Translations under genes and position numbers: made by a program
Assembly: GCA_965219915.1 (NCBI GenBank)
Contig: OZ244794.1
Location: forward strand, 849,118 to 913,117
Reading direction: 5' to 3'
From: Rhodothermales bacterium
GTDB taxonomy: Bacteria > Bacteroidota > Rhodothermia > Rhodothermales > Bin80
DNA: 64,000 bases
Shown here: positions 10,835 through 20,075 of the stretch, piece after piece
Position numbering within the stretch: position 1 is the first letter of the stretch
Layout: the number at the start of each line of letters is the position of its first letter
Notes under the pieces: model-generated
Told to the model about the DNA's origin: nothing
The model's database searches: none
What the model saw: the letters and a program-made list of their open reading frames with translations, nothing else

Positions 10835-11310
10835 TAGCCATCACGCGTGATTTCCAGGATTTTCAAACGCAGCTCTCCTGCGGGCACCTGAACTACGGCC
10901 TCGTCTCCTGTGCTTTTGCCAAGTAGGCCCTTGCCAATCGGACTGGTAATGGAGATCAGCCCCCTGGATACATCTGCTTCCGGTGCAGAAACAAGTTTTA
11001 CGGCTTTCTCCCTTTCTGTACGCAAGTTTATGTAGCGCACGGTTGACAGTATGCGGGCTGTTGAAGTGTCGACCCGTTCCTCGTCAATCAGACGCGCGTT
11101 AGCCAAGGTTTCCTGCATTTGGGCAATGCGAGCCTCGAGCTTTCCTTGCGCCTCCTTGGCGGCATCGTACTCAGCGTTTTCCGATAGATCGCCATGTGCA
11201 CGCGCATCTGCTATCTCGTTCGAGATGCGTTTGCGGTCTACTGTGCGAGCGTGATGGAGATCTTTCTTGAGTTTTTTGAGGGCTTCTTCAGTTAGGTAAA
11301 CAACGGCCAT
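10834..11310 (-). CDS. greA: transcription elongation factor GreA
   Basis: [16 protein letters not shown] coiled-coil tip and a C-terminal [14 protein letters not shown] motif. Confidence 0.95.
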   Translation of the reverse strand: MAVVYLTEEALKKLKKDLHHARTVDRKRISNEIADARAHGDLSENAEYDAAKEAQGKLEARIAQMQETLANARLIDEERVDTSTARILSTVRYINLRTEREKAVKLVSAPEADVSRGLISITSPIGKGLLGKSTGDEAVVQVPAGELRLKILEITRDG

Positions 11311-11331
11311 TCAATGGATTCAATTTAGATG

Positions 11332-11898
11332 CTACCATCCCACGCGTCGTCTGGTGGGGCGGGATGGTCGTTCCTCTGGTGTGGCAGGAGTGGATACCAA
11401 TGGTTCGCCTGAAACCCGTCGGGCAGCCCAGTAGGCTCCATTCCAGTAGGGGTCGTCCAGTCTTGCGATGGATACTCCATCATCTGGCCAGGAATGCACA
11501 AACTCCCGAGAACCAAGATAAACCCCAACATGCCGCGGCATACTTGTGGGTCGGAAGAATACAATATCCCCAGGGATGAGGGATGAGCGCGGGATCTCTT
11601 CTCCAAATCCCAGTTGTCGTGCAGTAGAATGCGGGAGGGATATTCCCAATACCTGGTCAGCAATTACCAATACGAGTCCTGGAGCATCTATCCCAGATCG
11701 GGAACTGCCACCTTCGAGGTGAGGAGTACCTTGCCAAGAAGTTGCCAGTGTGCGCAATTCGGACTCAATAGCTGCCGAGGGTACGGCACCGGTTGTCGAA
11801 ACCGTTTCCGTTGGTGTGACGAGGGCCTGCGGAGAATAACAGCCCGCAAGACAAACCACACTGATCAGGACGATAGGTACATACGTAGAACGATACAT
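11332..11898 (-). CDS. NlpC/P60-domain lipoprotein lacking the catalytic Cys
   Basis: Lipobox VVCLAGC. The NlpC/P60 core has GIDAPGLV in place of the usual G-x-DCSGLV. PGDIVFF and HVGVYLG are retained. Confidence 0.8.
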   Translation of the reverse strand: MYRSTYVPIVLISVVCLAGCYSPQALVTPTETVSTTGAVPSAAIESELRTLATSWQGTPHLEGGSSRSGIDAPGLVLVIADQVLGISLPHSTARQLGFGEEIPRSSLIPGDIVFFRPTSMPRHVGVYLGSREFVHSWPDDGVSIARLDDPYWNGAYWAARRVSGEPLVSTPATPEERPSRPTRRRVGW

Positions 11899-12016
11899 TT
11901 AACCCGCCGGCAGTATAACGGTCGCATAGAGCGTGCTGACTTTTCAGGATCAAGCGCGACTATTGAGTAGTACACTCAGACAGTAAATTCGGTTCACAAC
12001 GTTACACAAGCTTGCC

Positions 12017-12535
12017 ATGCCATACCCGGAGCACTTTGTATCCCCAATGCGTCAGGAGCTTACTCGACTGGGTGTTGAGGAGTTGAAAACTGCCGCGGAT
12101 GTTGACACTGCGTTTGATATGGATTCAGATCAAACCCAGCTTCTCGTAATCAATTCTGTATGCGGGTGTGCAGCAGCTATGGCGCGCCCAGCTGTTGCCT
12201 TGGCAATGCAGCACCCAACAAAACCGGATCGGGTAACGACTGTATTTGCCGGGCAGGATCTTGAGGCAACCGTACGTGCACGTGATCACCTGGTGGGTAT
12301 TCCCCCTTCCTCCCCCTTCATGGCTCTCATCAAAGGCGGAGATGTAGCGTACGTAATCGAACGGCGGCACATTGAGGGGCGTAGTGCCCAGGCGATCGCA
12401 CTGGACCTGGTTGGTGCATTTGACCGATTTTGTGGAACGGATGCCACGGCCGAGGATGGCCCGGAAAGCCCTGAAACTGTGGGGAGCCATGCTGAGAGCC
12501 CGATGTCCTCGTCATTTCGTTCGATAATTCGCTAA
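12017..12535 (+). CDS. BrxA/BrxB-type bacilliredoxin (DUF1094/YphP-like) with an extended C-terminal tail
   Basis: MRQELTRLGVEELKT...LLVINSVCGCAAAMARP, i.e. the CGC redox motif of the bacilliredoxin family. Confidence 0.75.
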   Translation: MPYPEHFVSPMRQELTRLGVEELKTAADVDTAFDMDSDQTQLLVINSVCGCAAAMARPAVALAMQHPTKPDRVTTVFAGQDLEATVRARDHLVGIPPSSPFMALIKGGDVAYVIERRHIEGRSAQAIALDLVGAFDRFCGTDATAEDGPESPETVGSHAESPMSSSFRSIIR

Positions 12536-12616
12536 GCACCGCAAGGCTTCGCAGTTACTGGTGTGGTTGAACTGATGTGGACAGGTCGCCCCTATTCGTG
12601 AGGCGAGCATCAACCA

Positions 12617-12654
12617 AAACGGGCCAGGGCGCCTATGTGCGCACTGACCCGTTT
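12617..12654 (-). terminator. imperfect long hairpin between convergent genes; U-run only on the minus-strand transcript
   Basis: AAACGGG(c)CAG(g)GCGC - ctatgt - GCGC(a)CTG(a)CCCGTTT. On the minus strand it is followed by TTTTGG, 63 nt after the stop at 12717. Confidence 0.45.
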
Positions 12655-12716
12655 CGAGGGATCTGATCCTGTAATCTTAACAGGGTTCCCGTCTGTAAGT
12701 TGAGTGTGACTTCGGA

Positions 12717-15050
12717 CTACAGCCCCAAGTCACGTTTTTTGACTAGGAAGAGTCCTTCGCCAATACCGGTTACGGCAATTGTGCCGCTTTCGAAGTAAGG
12801 ATAATTGCTCCATGAACCGATGAAGCCAGGGGCATCCGGGATCAGTGTGACCATATCAAAGTGGCCAACCTCAACCGGATTACTCCGATCACTTATATCA
12901 AATATACGCAGGCCGCTGGCGTAATTGGACTGGTACATGAAGTCGCCCTGGATATACAGGTTATGGTCGCTGGAGGCGTTTCCGGAATAGTATTCGCCGA
13001 CTAGCTGCGGATCCTCCAAGTCTATGACATCCCACATGAGGGTACGGGTTCCTTCTATGTTACCGCTCATTTCATCAAGCTCGTCATTCATATAATAGAA
13101 GGCATGATCATCTGTAAGCCAACCCTGGTGTGCGTAGGCTACATTGGGATAGCTGGCATTGGAGAGCGCAATCGGATTCTCCTTGTCCGTGACGTCAGCA
13201 ATACTGAGTGCGGTCTCGTTCGAATTAAAGCAGACCTCTCGATTTTGATATCTGGTATCCGGGCCTTCATAAATCACACATTGTGCATCGTGGCTATATC
13301 CGGTACCGCTTCGGCCCGTTTCGGTATCAGAAAAACAACCGGCAAACTCTGGGTTTAACGGATCCGAGATATTCACCATGTGCAATCCCCCTCCACACGT
13401 TTCTCCGCTACCGCGGGCGCCCACGATATAAGCGAACCCCGTGGCTTCATTGATAACGATATTATGTGAACTGCCAACGCCGTTATAAACCGTGAGTGGA
13501 GAAAAATCCGCTGGCATTTCCTGTACATCTCGCAATGAACGCAAATCGAACACCTGCATACCGTGAGGACCGGCGCCATCCGCGACGATGAAGGCGTGAT
13601 CGTTGTACACTTTAATATCGCGCCAACTGCTCGGGCGTGCTCCTTCAGTCAGAGGCAGATCGCCGACGAAGACGGGCATTGCGGGATCGGTTATGTCAAC
13701 GAACGCAGTGCCGTCAGTGCGGCCGACGAGCGCGTATTCCTTGCCGGTTTCGGGGTCAGTCCAGCCCCAAATGTCATTCAGGTTCGTACTTGCTCCGCCC
13801 CCAAGATCCTCTATGGACACAAAGGAGAGCATGTCGACATTGCTGCAGCCGAATTGGGCTGCCTGCCCATCGTTGCAGTCAGCAGGGCCTGAACTGGCCA
13901 ATGCGACTTCCTCAACCATCGCCAGCCGCCCCGTACGATTCAGGTTCGCATCTGTAAAGACTACGGCCCCTAGTCCGTAGTTTGGTCCAGAGGCCAGCAG
14001 TGCGACCTGGTCTCCGTGAACAGCGATGGCGCGCCCAAGTCCGCCCTCTGTATCCGCAGGCTCAAGACTGGCACTAAGCGTCCAAGTACCACCATCCTTG
14101 GTGTACTTATTGAAGCCGGTGTCTTCATCGACCAGTAGATACATTTCGCCTGCATACATGGTGATACGGCCGAACGCTGCACCTTGCATAGTCATGAGGC
14201 TGTCTAATGCTATACTGGTCGACCACTCTCCCGTATCCCCTTTCGTCAATTCAAGGACCGGTCCAGTCACGGGAGTAAATCTGACTGGACCTTCTTCAAG
14301 CTGCCTCCGATCTGTGAAGGTCAACCCAGGGGCGGGTGCTATAACATTTCCTGAACCCAGTACGAAAAGGGATCCCCCAAATCTGTAATTCCCGGTAGAC
14401 GTGAGCTCCACTTCTTGCGTGTATCCATCCTCGGAGTGTGAGAAAACGTACACCGCACCCGCCAGAGAATCACGATCGGGGGCTCCCACATAAACACGTT
14501 CGCCGTCGGTAGCTACGCTGCTGCCGAAACCGTCATCTTCACCAGGCATGTCTGCCATGACCGTATATGTGGATTGGGAGTCCGAACCGGGACCATGAAT
14601 GACATGTGCCGAATTGTTGCCTGGCGCCCCGACCACTAGCAAATCACCGTGCAAATCCAGAGCAGCCCCAAATCCAGACGTAGTATCGGGGCCGACTTCA
14701 ATGGCAGCCATTGCCCAGCCATCCTCACCACGCCTGTACAGAAACACCTGTCCGGTGCCATTCTCGTAACCCGGAGCCCCGATCGCCAACAGATCACCGT
14801 CAAGAACTGTGCTTTGTCCAAATCCTGTGCCTGGAGCCGCGTCCGGTATTAGGACTGTGGTTGAATGGCTCCACTCACCGTCGGAGTGATGAAAAATCTG
14901 GAGGGCTGCGGAGTACTCATCGGTGGCGGGTTGCACAGAAATGAGCTCTCCATCTCCCAATACCATACCTGGATAGAAACGCTGGCTGGTTTCCTGGGCA
15001 AAGGTTTCTGTTACAATCAGACAGAGAAGGAGCGTAAATAGGAGTCGCAT
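12717..15050 (-). CDS. secreted protein with N-terminal FG-GAP-like repeats and a C-terminal LVIVD / choice-of-anchor-B-like beta-propeller
   Basis: Signal peptide. Repeated GFG..x..DGDLLAIGAPG units. C-terminal half has NDIWGWTDPETGKEYALVG, HNIVINE, HDAQCV and HNLYIQGD motifs typical of LVIVD-repeat proteins. Confidence 0.75.
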   Translation of the reverse strand: MRLLFTLLLCLIVTETFAQETSQRFYPGMVLGDGELISVQPATDEYSAALQIFHHSDGEWSHSTTVLIPDAAPGTGFGQSTVLDGDLLAIGAPGYENGTGQVFLYRRGEDGWAMAAIEVGPDTTSGFGAALDLHGDLLVVGAPGNNSAHVIHGPGSDSQSTYTVMADMPGEDDGFGSSVATDGERVYVGAPDRDSLAGAVYVFSHSEDGYTQEVELTSTGNYRFGGSLFVLGSGNVIAPAPGLTFTDRRQLEEGPVRFTPVTGPVLELTKGDTGEWSTSIALDSLMTMQGAAFGRITMYAGEMYLLVDEDTGFNKYTKDGGTWTLSASLEPADTEGGLGRAIAVHGDQVALLASGPNYGLGAVVFTDANLNRTGRLAMVEEVALASSGPADCNDGQAAQFGCSNVDMLSFVSIEDLGGGASTNLNDIWGWTDPETGKEYALVGRTDGTAFVDITDPAMPVFVGDLPLTEGARPSSWRDIKVYNDHAFIVADGAGPHGMQVFDLRSLRDVQEMPADFSPLTVYNGVGSSHNIVINEATGFAYIVGARGSGETCGGGLHMVNISDPLNPEFAGCFSDTETGRSGTGYSHDAQCVIYEGPDTRYQNREVCFNSNETALSIADVTDKENPIALSNASYPNVAYAHQGWLTDDHAFYYMNDELDEMSGNIEGTRTLMWDVIDLEDPQLVGEYYSGNASSDHNLYIQGDFMYQSNYASGLRIFDISDRSNPVEVGHFDMVTLIPDAPGFIGSWSNYPYFESGTIAVTGIGEGLFLVKKRDLGL

Positions 15051-15297
15051 GATATTCCGGGGTAGTTTTCGTGAAAATTCATCTAACCAGCATAAATGTA
15101 CTTAAAAACCCTCATAAAGGTTGCTGATCTTCTTGTGACTTTATTTTGCAGCAGCGCTTTTGAGCTCAGCGCAGTTTTTGGTGCAGCTGCCAATCCAGGC
15201 CACTTCTCCGCTTCACCTTGGCTTCCAGGTAACGATCAATGGTAATACTGCGGTGTGTGTCCGCGAATTCGTTCATAAACGAACACTCTAAACTGGG

Positions 15298-16809
15298 TTA
15301 GGCTTCGTTGCCCGGAGCTTGGTTGGACAAGAATGTTTTGAAAAGTTGTTCTTTCCATGCCGCAAGACCGAAATAACAGATGGCACCCAGAATTAGAGCC
15401 CCGGTGGTGATCCATTTGTTTTCGAATAGCAGGGCAGCACCAATCAGGGCCAGGCCCGGGAGTGCGAGCACGAAAAAGTCACGATAGGGTGCAATCCCTT
15501 CACGCCATGGAACCCGAGCCAGTCGGAGAATCACAACTAATTGCAGGCCCCGCACAACGGCCCCGGTAATGCCGCCCGCAATCAGCATTACATCAATACT
15601 TCCTGATAGACCACCCAGGATCCAGGCGGCGGACAGGGATGTAAGGAGCAGCAGGGCCATCATAAAGTCAAGGCGTTGTTGTTCGGTAACATCATAGACG
15701 CGTGTAAGCGGGGATACAGTTGAGCTAAGGACCAGCCAGGCAGCGATATACACGGCATAGATCCCCGCCTGTCGAAAGGAAGTGCCAAGCCATAATTCGA
15801 AGAAATCAGGCCCGGCAACCATAACGGCGAGGACGGGAAAGAGCCCGATCATAATTAGCCGGCGGTGTACCACGCTGGTGATACGGGAGAGGTTACCGGC
15901 TAACTGTGCTTCTGCTGCACTAATAAAAAAAGGATGGGCTACAGACCGTGCTACATAGGAGATTGGAATCCCGATGGCAGCGAGCGCCATGCCGTAGAAC
16001 CCGAGCGCATTCTCGGCAACATCAGTCGCGAAAAAGAATGGTATCAGCAGAATTGTCAACTGTCCTGTGATAGCTCCGATGGCAGCGGACGGCGTTGAAA
16101 AGAGTGCAAAGCGCCGGTAGCGTACCGCGGCCTGCCTCATCTTTCGCCACCCAAAAGCTGCACGGATCGCGGCGGCACTCCTACGGAAGGCAAGCCAGAT
16201 AAAAAAGCTGCTGGCAATTACATGTCCAAAAATGAATCCCCCAATATGCCCCGCCTCGTTTGCGTTTATCGGTGGAGCGCCGGCACCGATACGGCCAACT
16301 ACCATGGAAGCAGTCAGGTTTACATGACCTGCACTGATGTGTCTGAATGCCCGTTTGCGTACCAGCCAGAACTCGGCGATCTTGCCCGACCGCATGCATA
16401 TTAGTGTCAGGGGAACCAGCGGTAAATAGGGAGCGATTGCCGGAAAATCCAGGAACCGGGCAATCTCCGTGCTCCATATCGCAAGAACGGTCAAGAGGAT
16501 TGCAGTGAGGAGCATCACCGTAGCAGATAACCAGATCAGTACGGCCGCATCCTCGTCTTTTCTGGGGAGCATGAGAGCATCCTCGTATCGCAATGAGGCT
16601 ACCGCACCCACCAATGTTAGCATGGTTACGAAGTACTTGCCTATTCCTATTTCAGCGGGCAGATACAGGCGAGAAATGACTCCGAGCGCCAGGTAGCCGA
16701 TCACCATTACAATACCGGCACCGGAAAGCAATGTCAGGACAGGCCCTCGGAGTCCCTGTGTTGAAAACAGATGGTCAAGCCACTTCAGGGTTGAGAATTT
16801 ACGCGCCAT
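15298..16809 (-). CDS. MOP-superfamily oligosaccharide flippase (Wzx-like), copy A
   Basis: 503 aa, about 12-14 hydrophobic helices, YRRFALFSTPSA. Same length as the ORF at 17008-18519 and collinear with it. Confidence 0.8.
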   Translation of the reverse strand: MARKFSTLKWLDHLFSTQGLRGPVLTLLSGAGIVMVIGYLALGVISRLYLPAEIGIGKYFVTMLTLVGAVASLRYEDALMLPRKDEDAAVLIWLSATVMLLTAILLTVLAIWSTEIARFLDFPAIAPYLPLVPLTLICMRSGKIAEFWLVRKRAFRHISAGHVNLTASMVVGRIGAGAPPINANEAGHIGGFIFGHVIASSFFIWLAFRRSAAAIRAAFGWRKMRQAAVRYRRFALFSTPSAAIGAITGQLTILLIPFFFATDVAENALGFYGMALAAIGIPISYVARSVAHPFFISAAEAQLAGNLSRITSVVHRRLIMIGLFPVLAVMVAGPDFFELWLGTSFRQAGIYAVYIAAWLVLSSTVSPLTRVYDVTEQQRLDFMMALLLLTSLSAAWILGGLSGSIDVMLIAGGITGAVVRGLQLVVILRLARVPWREGIAPYRDFFVLALPGLALIGAALLFENKWITTGALILGAICYFGLAAWKEQLFKTFLSNQAPGNEA

Positions 16810-16923
16810 GTGGTCCAGGTGCTTGCCTGATAGACAGTCTGTAAGTTTTCAGGGGCATCAGCTTCGTATCGCAAGATGTACTGAAACCCGTAAGTGGTTG
16901 ATAAGAGATGTACCTCTTCGCTT
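16785..16923 (-). pseudogene. duplicated 3' remnant of the 525-aa membrane-protein gene
   Basis: Reads LSTTYGFQYILRYEADAPENLQTVYQASTWTTWRVNSQP*, versus LSTTYGFQYIVRQEADAPDNFQTVYQAGPWTVWRVNPQP* at the true 3' end (18495-18614). It has no 5' part. Confidence 0.75.
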
Positions 16924-17007
16924 CGTCTTGGCTTCCAGATAACAACCGATGGCAGTATTGCGATCTGCGTGCGCCAATTCGTTCATAAACAAACACATTA
17001 AACTGGG

Positions 17008-18519
17008 TCAGGCTTCGTCGCCAAGGGCTTTGTTGGAAAAGAATGTTCCAAATAATTTTTCATTCCTTGCCGCAAGGCCAAAATAACAGGCAGCGCCCAC
17101 AATGAGAGCTCCGGTGGTGATCCATTTGTTACCAAAAGGCAGGACAACACCAATCAGGGCCAGGCCAGGGAGTGCGAGGAGGAAAAAGTCACGATAGGGT
17201 GCGATCCCTTCACGCCACGGAACACCGGCCAGTCGGAGAATCACAATTAACTGCAGACCGCGCACAACTGCTCCCGTAATGCCAACTGCAATCAGCATTG
17301 CATCAATACTTCCCGAAAGGCCTCCCAGGATAAAGGCGGAGGACAGGCATATAAGGAGCAGCAGGGCCATCAAAAAGTCCAAGCGTTGATGTTCGGTGAC
17401 ATCATAGACGCGCGTCAGTGGAGATACGGCCGAGCTAAGGACCAACCATGCAGAGAGATATATGGCATAGATCCCTGACTGTCGCCAGGGAGCACCAAGC
17501 CATAATTCAAAAAAATCAGGCCCGGCCAGCATAACGGCGAGAACGGGAAAGAGCCCGATCATGATAAGACGGCGGTGTACCAGGCTTGTGATACGGGAAA
17601 GGTTGCCTGCAAACTGTTCTTCTGCTGCAATTACGAAGAAAGGATGGGCTACAGACCGTCCCACATAGGACATTGGATTCCCGATAGCAGCTAGTACCAT
17701 GGCATAGAATCCGATGATTATCTCAGCATTATTGGCGGCAAAAAAGTAGGGGATGAGCAGTACGACCAGGTGTCCCATGAGTGTTCCGATGGCAGCGGCA
17801 GGCGTTGAAAAGAGTGCAAAACGCCGATAGCGTACCGCGGCCTGCTGCATACTGCGCCATCCAAAAGCTGCACGGATCGCGGCAGCGCTGCGACGGAAGG
17901 TGAGCCAGACGAAATAGCCGCTGGCAATAACATGCCCAAAAATGAACCCGCCAATATGTCCCGCCTCGTTGGCGTTTATCGGGGGTGCACCGGCACCTAG
18001 ACGCCCAACTACCATGGAAGCAGTTAGGCTTACATGGCCTGCACTGATGTGTCTGAATGCTCGTTTGCGTACCAGCCAGAACTCCGCGATCTTGCCCGAC
18101 CGCATGCAAACAAGTGTCAGGGGTACCAGCGGCAAATAAGGACCAACTCCGGGGAAATTAAAGAAGGTGGCGATCTCAATGCTCCATATCGTAAGAACGG
18201 TCAAGAGGGTTGTAGAGAGGAGCATCACCGCAGCAGATAGCCAGATCAGTACGGCCGCATCTTCGTCTTTTCTGGGTAGCATGAGAGCATCCTCGTATCG
18301 CAATGAGATGACTGCCCCCAACACAACCACTACGCTTACGAAGTGCCTCCCTATTCCTATTTCTTCAGGCTCATACACTCGGGAAATGGCTCCGAGCGCT
18401 AGTAAACCGATCACCATCACAATACCGGAACCGGAAAGCAACGTCAGGGCAGGCCCTCGGAGTCCCTGCGTTGAAAACAGATGATCCAACCACTTCAGGG
18501 TTGGGGATTTACGCGCCAT
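17008..18519 (-). CDS. MOP-superfamily oligosaccharide flippase (Wzx-like), copy B
   Basis: 503-aa paralog of 15298-16809. Its start overlaps the end of the upstream 525-aa gene by 25 nt. Confidence 0.8.
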   Translation of the reverse strand: MARKSPTLKWLDHLFSTQGLRGPALTLLSGSGIVMVIGLLALGAISRVYEPEEIGIGRHFVSVVVVLGAVISLRYEDALMLPRKDEDAAVLIWLSAAVMLLSTTLLTVLTIWSIEIATFFNFPGVGPYLPLVPLTLVCMRSGKIAEFWLVRKRAFRHISAGHVSLTASMVVGRLGAGAPPINANEAGHIGGFIFGHVIASGYFVWLTFRRSAAAIRAAFGWRSMQQAAVRYRRFALFSTPAAAIGTLMGHLVVLLIPYFFAANNAEIIIGFYAMVLAAIGNPMSYVGRSVAHPFFVIAAEEQFAGNLSRITSLVHRRLIMIGLFPVLAVMLAGPDFFELWLGAPWRQSGIYAIYLSAWLVLSSAVSPLTRVYDVTEHQRLDFLMALLLLICLSSAFILGGLSGSIDAMLIAVGITGAVVRGLQLIVILRLAGVPWREGIAPYRDFFLLALPGLALIGVVLPFGNKWITTGALIVGAACYFGLAARNEKLFGTFFSNKALGDEA

Positions 18520-20072
18520 ACGGTCCAGGGGCCTGCCTGATAGACAGTCTGAAAGTTGTCAGGGGCATCAGCTTCCTGTCGCACGATGTACTGAAACCCG
18601 TAAGTGGTCGACAAACGATGTATCTTTTCGCTCGGCAGCGCAAGGTAGGCACTGTCGAGTGCGGATATGAGATTTAGTCCTCCACGCCGCGGCGGCGTTA
18701 CGGGAGCCATGTCCAAAAGCCGTGTAAACCATTGTGTCATATAGGGCTGATGGAAGGGGATGGCTTTGAAGTTCACGACGATAGCACGCTGTGCCTGTGA
18801 TCTGAAGTGTGCCCAGTGCGGAGGTACAGCAAAAACTGCATCCTTGTCGGTCGACTCGCGTGCCCACGCCGCAACCTGCTCGGCAGGATTGGTGGTCGGT
18901 GCCTGTCTAATACCAAGCGCGTCAGGAGAAACGATAAGAAGTGTGGCTGCGATGAGTATCGTAGCGCCAAGCGCAAAATGTCCGTGGTCAAAGAAGAAGG
19001 TTACTGTGCGCCGGCTGAAACGCTGGATCAGTTGTGCAACTACATTAGACACCATAATGACACAGAACACCTTGACCAGGACAGTGAGTTTGAAGAGCTG
19101 TAGTTTGGTGATCGTATCTACACGCAGTAACTCGCTGCACAATAAGGACAGAGCACAAAGTCCCGCAATAACGATCAATGATCGGCGAATGAGCGTGCTG
19201 TAGACATGGGGCATCCGTCCGAAACAAGCGAGCCCCAGCACGAGAAGTACTGCGAAGCCGAATGCTGATTCGGGGGTGAATGAGGTTGGCATGTAGTGGT
19301 GCGGAGCCCGAAATTCAAAAAGCATATAGAAGTACGACCAGGGCCCGTCCGGATGCGGCCGCGTAAGCTGGAACCAGATCAATGGCCCCAGGGCAGGCAA
19401 CGCAGCCAATGTGAAAGTTCCGGTGAACAGGTATGGACGCGCCGCAGTCCATCCATGCCTCCACAGCAGCAGCAGCGCACAAACCATGGCTATTTGCAGT
19501 CCAACCAATGCCTGCATCCAGCAAGCAAGCCCCATAAGGATCGCGGCATGCATTGGTCGTCCACGCACGAAAAATACCAGGCCCCACAAGCCGAGTGTCC
19601 AGGCCGGTATGCTTGGAGTAAGTATCCATGTCACGAGATCATTCCCCCCTAGCGTGAATTTGGGGGTTAGCAGCAGAATCGTGACGACACAGATAGTGGC
19701 GGCCAGACGTTCGCGTGTAAGCTGCAGTCCAAGCGTATACAGCGCCATGCTTGTGCCGAACCAACTTGCCACGTAGAAGATGAGTATGGTTGCATACGGT
19801 CCAAACAGCTTTGCCGGCAGCCAAGCCACAAAAACAAATAACGTTCGTGGGCCGAATGATTCCAGTTGGACGTTTACGAACCAGTCCAGCTGGTAAAGGC
19901 TTGCATCCATCAGGCGCATGAGGTAGGGCAGTACTTCATCCTGATCGCTGATGCCGTAGTCATAACCGCGCCAAAAAAGGTAGACCGTCAGAGTAAGGAG
20001 GGGGAGGTACAGTGGTGGGCGCATGCCCATTCCTGTAAGCAGCCGGGGCCATTGGCCAGTGCGGAGACGCAT
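18495..20072 (-). CDS. polytopic membrane protein with a C-terminal periplasmic domain (GT-C or polymerase-like; function inferred from context)
   Basis: About 11-13 hydrophobic helices over about 390 aa, then a soluble tail of about 135 aa (AVFAVPPHWAHFRSQAQRAIVVNFKAIPF). The start may be at an internal Met (MGMRPP). Confidence 0.65.
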   Translation of the reverse strand: MRLRTGQWPRLLTGMGMRPPLYLPLLTLTVYLFWRGYDYGISDQDEVLPYLMRLMDASLYQLDWFVNVQLESFGPRTLFVFVAWLPAKLFGPYATILIFYVASWFGTSMALYTLGLQLTRERLAATICVVTILLLTPKFTLGGNDLVTWILTPSIPAWTLGLWGLVFFVRGRPMHAAILMGLACWMQALVGLQIAMVCALLLLWRHGWTAARPYLFTGTFTLAALPALGPLIWFQLTRPHPDGPWSYFYMLFEFRAPHHYMPTSFTPESAFGFAVLLVLGLACFGRMPHVYSTLIRRSLIVIAGLCALSLLCSELLRVDTITKLQLFKLTVLVKVFCVIMVSNVVAQLIQRFSRRTVTFFFDHGHFALGATILIAATLLIVSPDALGIRQAPTTNPAEQVAAWARESTDKDAVFAVPPHWAHFRSQAQRAIVVNFKAIPFHQPYMTQWFTRLLDMAPVTPPRRGGLNLISALDSAYLALPSEKIHRLSTTYGFQYIVRQEADAPDNFQTVYQAGPWTVWRVNPQP

Positions 20073-20075
20073 GAT

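Larger units (their letters stand above)
15205..18633 (-). repeat. tandem duplication of two roughly 1.71-kb units (about 15205-16923 and 16915-18633)
   Basis: Start-to-start offset of the two 503-aa ORFs is exactly 1710 bp. About 95 bp downstream of each ORF and about 125 bp upstream are also alignable, at roughly 80% nucleotide identity by eye. Confidence 0.85.

Noticed and set aside
15166-15276. 36-aa minus-strand ORF (MNEFADTHRSITIDRYLEAKVKRRSGLDWQLHQKLR) downstream of flippase copy A. Its first 24 codons recur in the duplicated unit (ATG at 16986, MNELAHADRNTAIGCYLEAKTKRR). It faintly recalls the N-terminus of a tyrosine recombinase.
   Set aside because: It is too short and too diverged (9 of 24 positions differ, mostly non-synonymous) to call a gene. 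The second copy runs into the pseudogene remnant in another frame. The recombinase resemblance rests on a few residues only.
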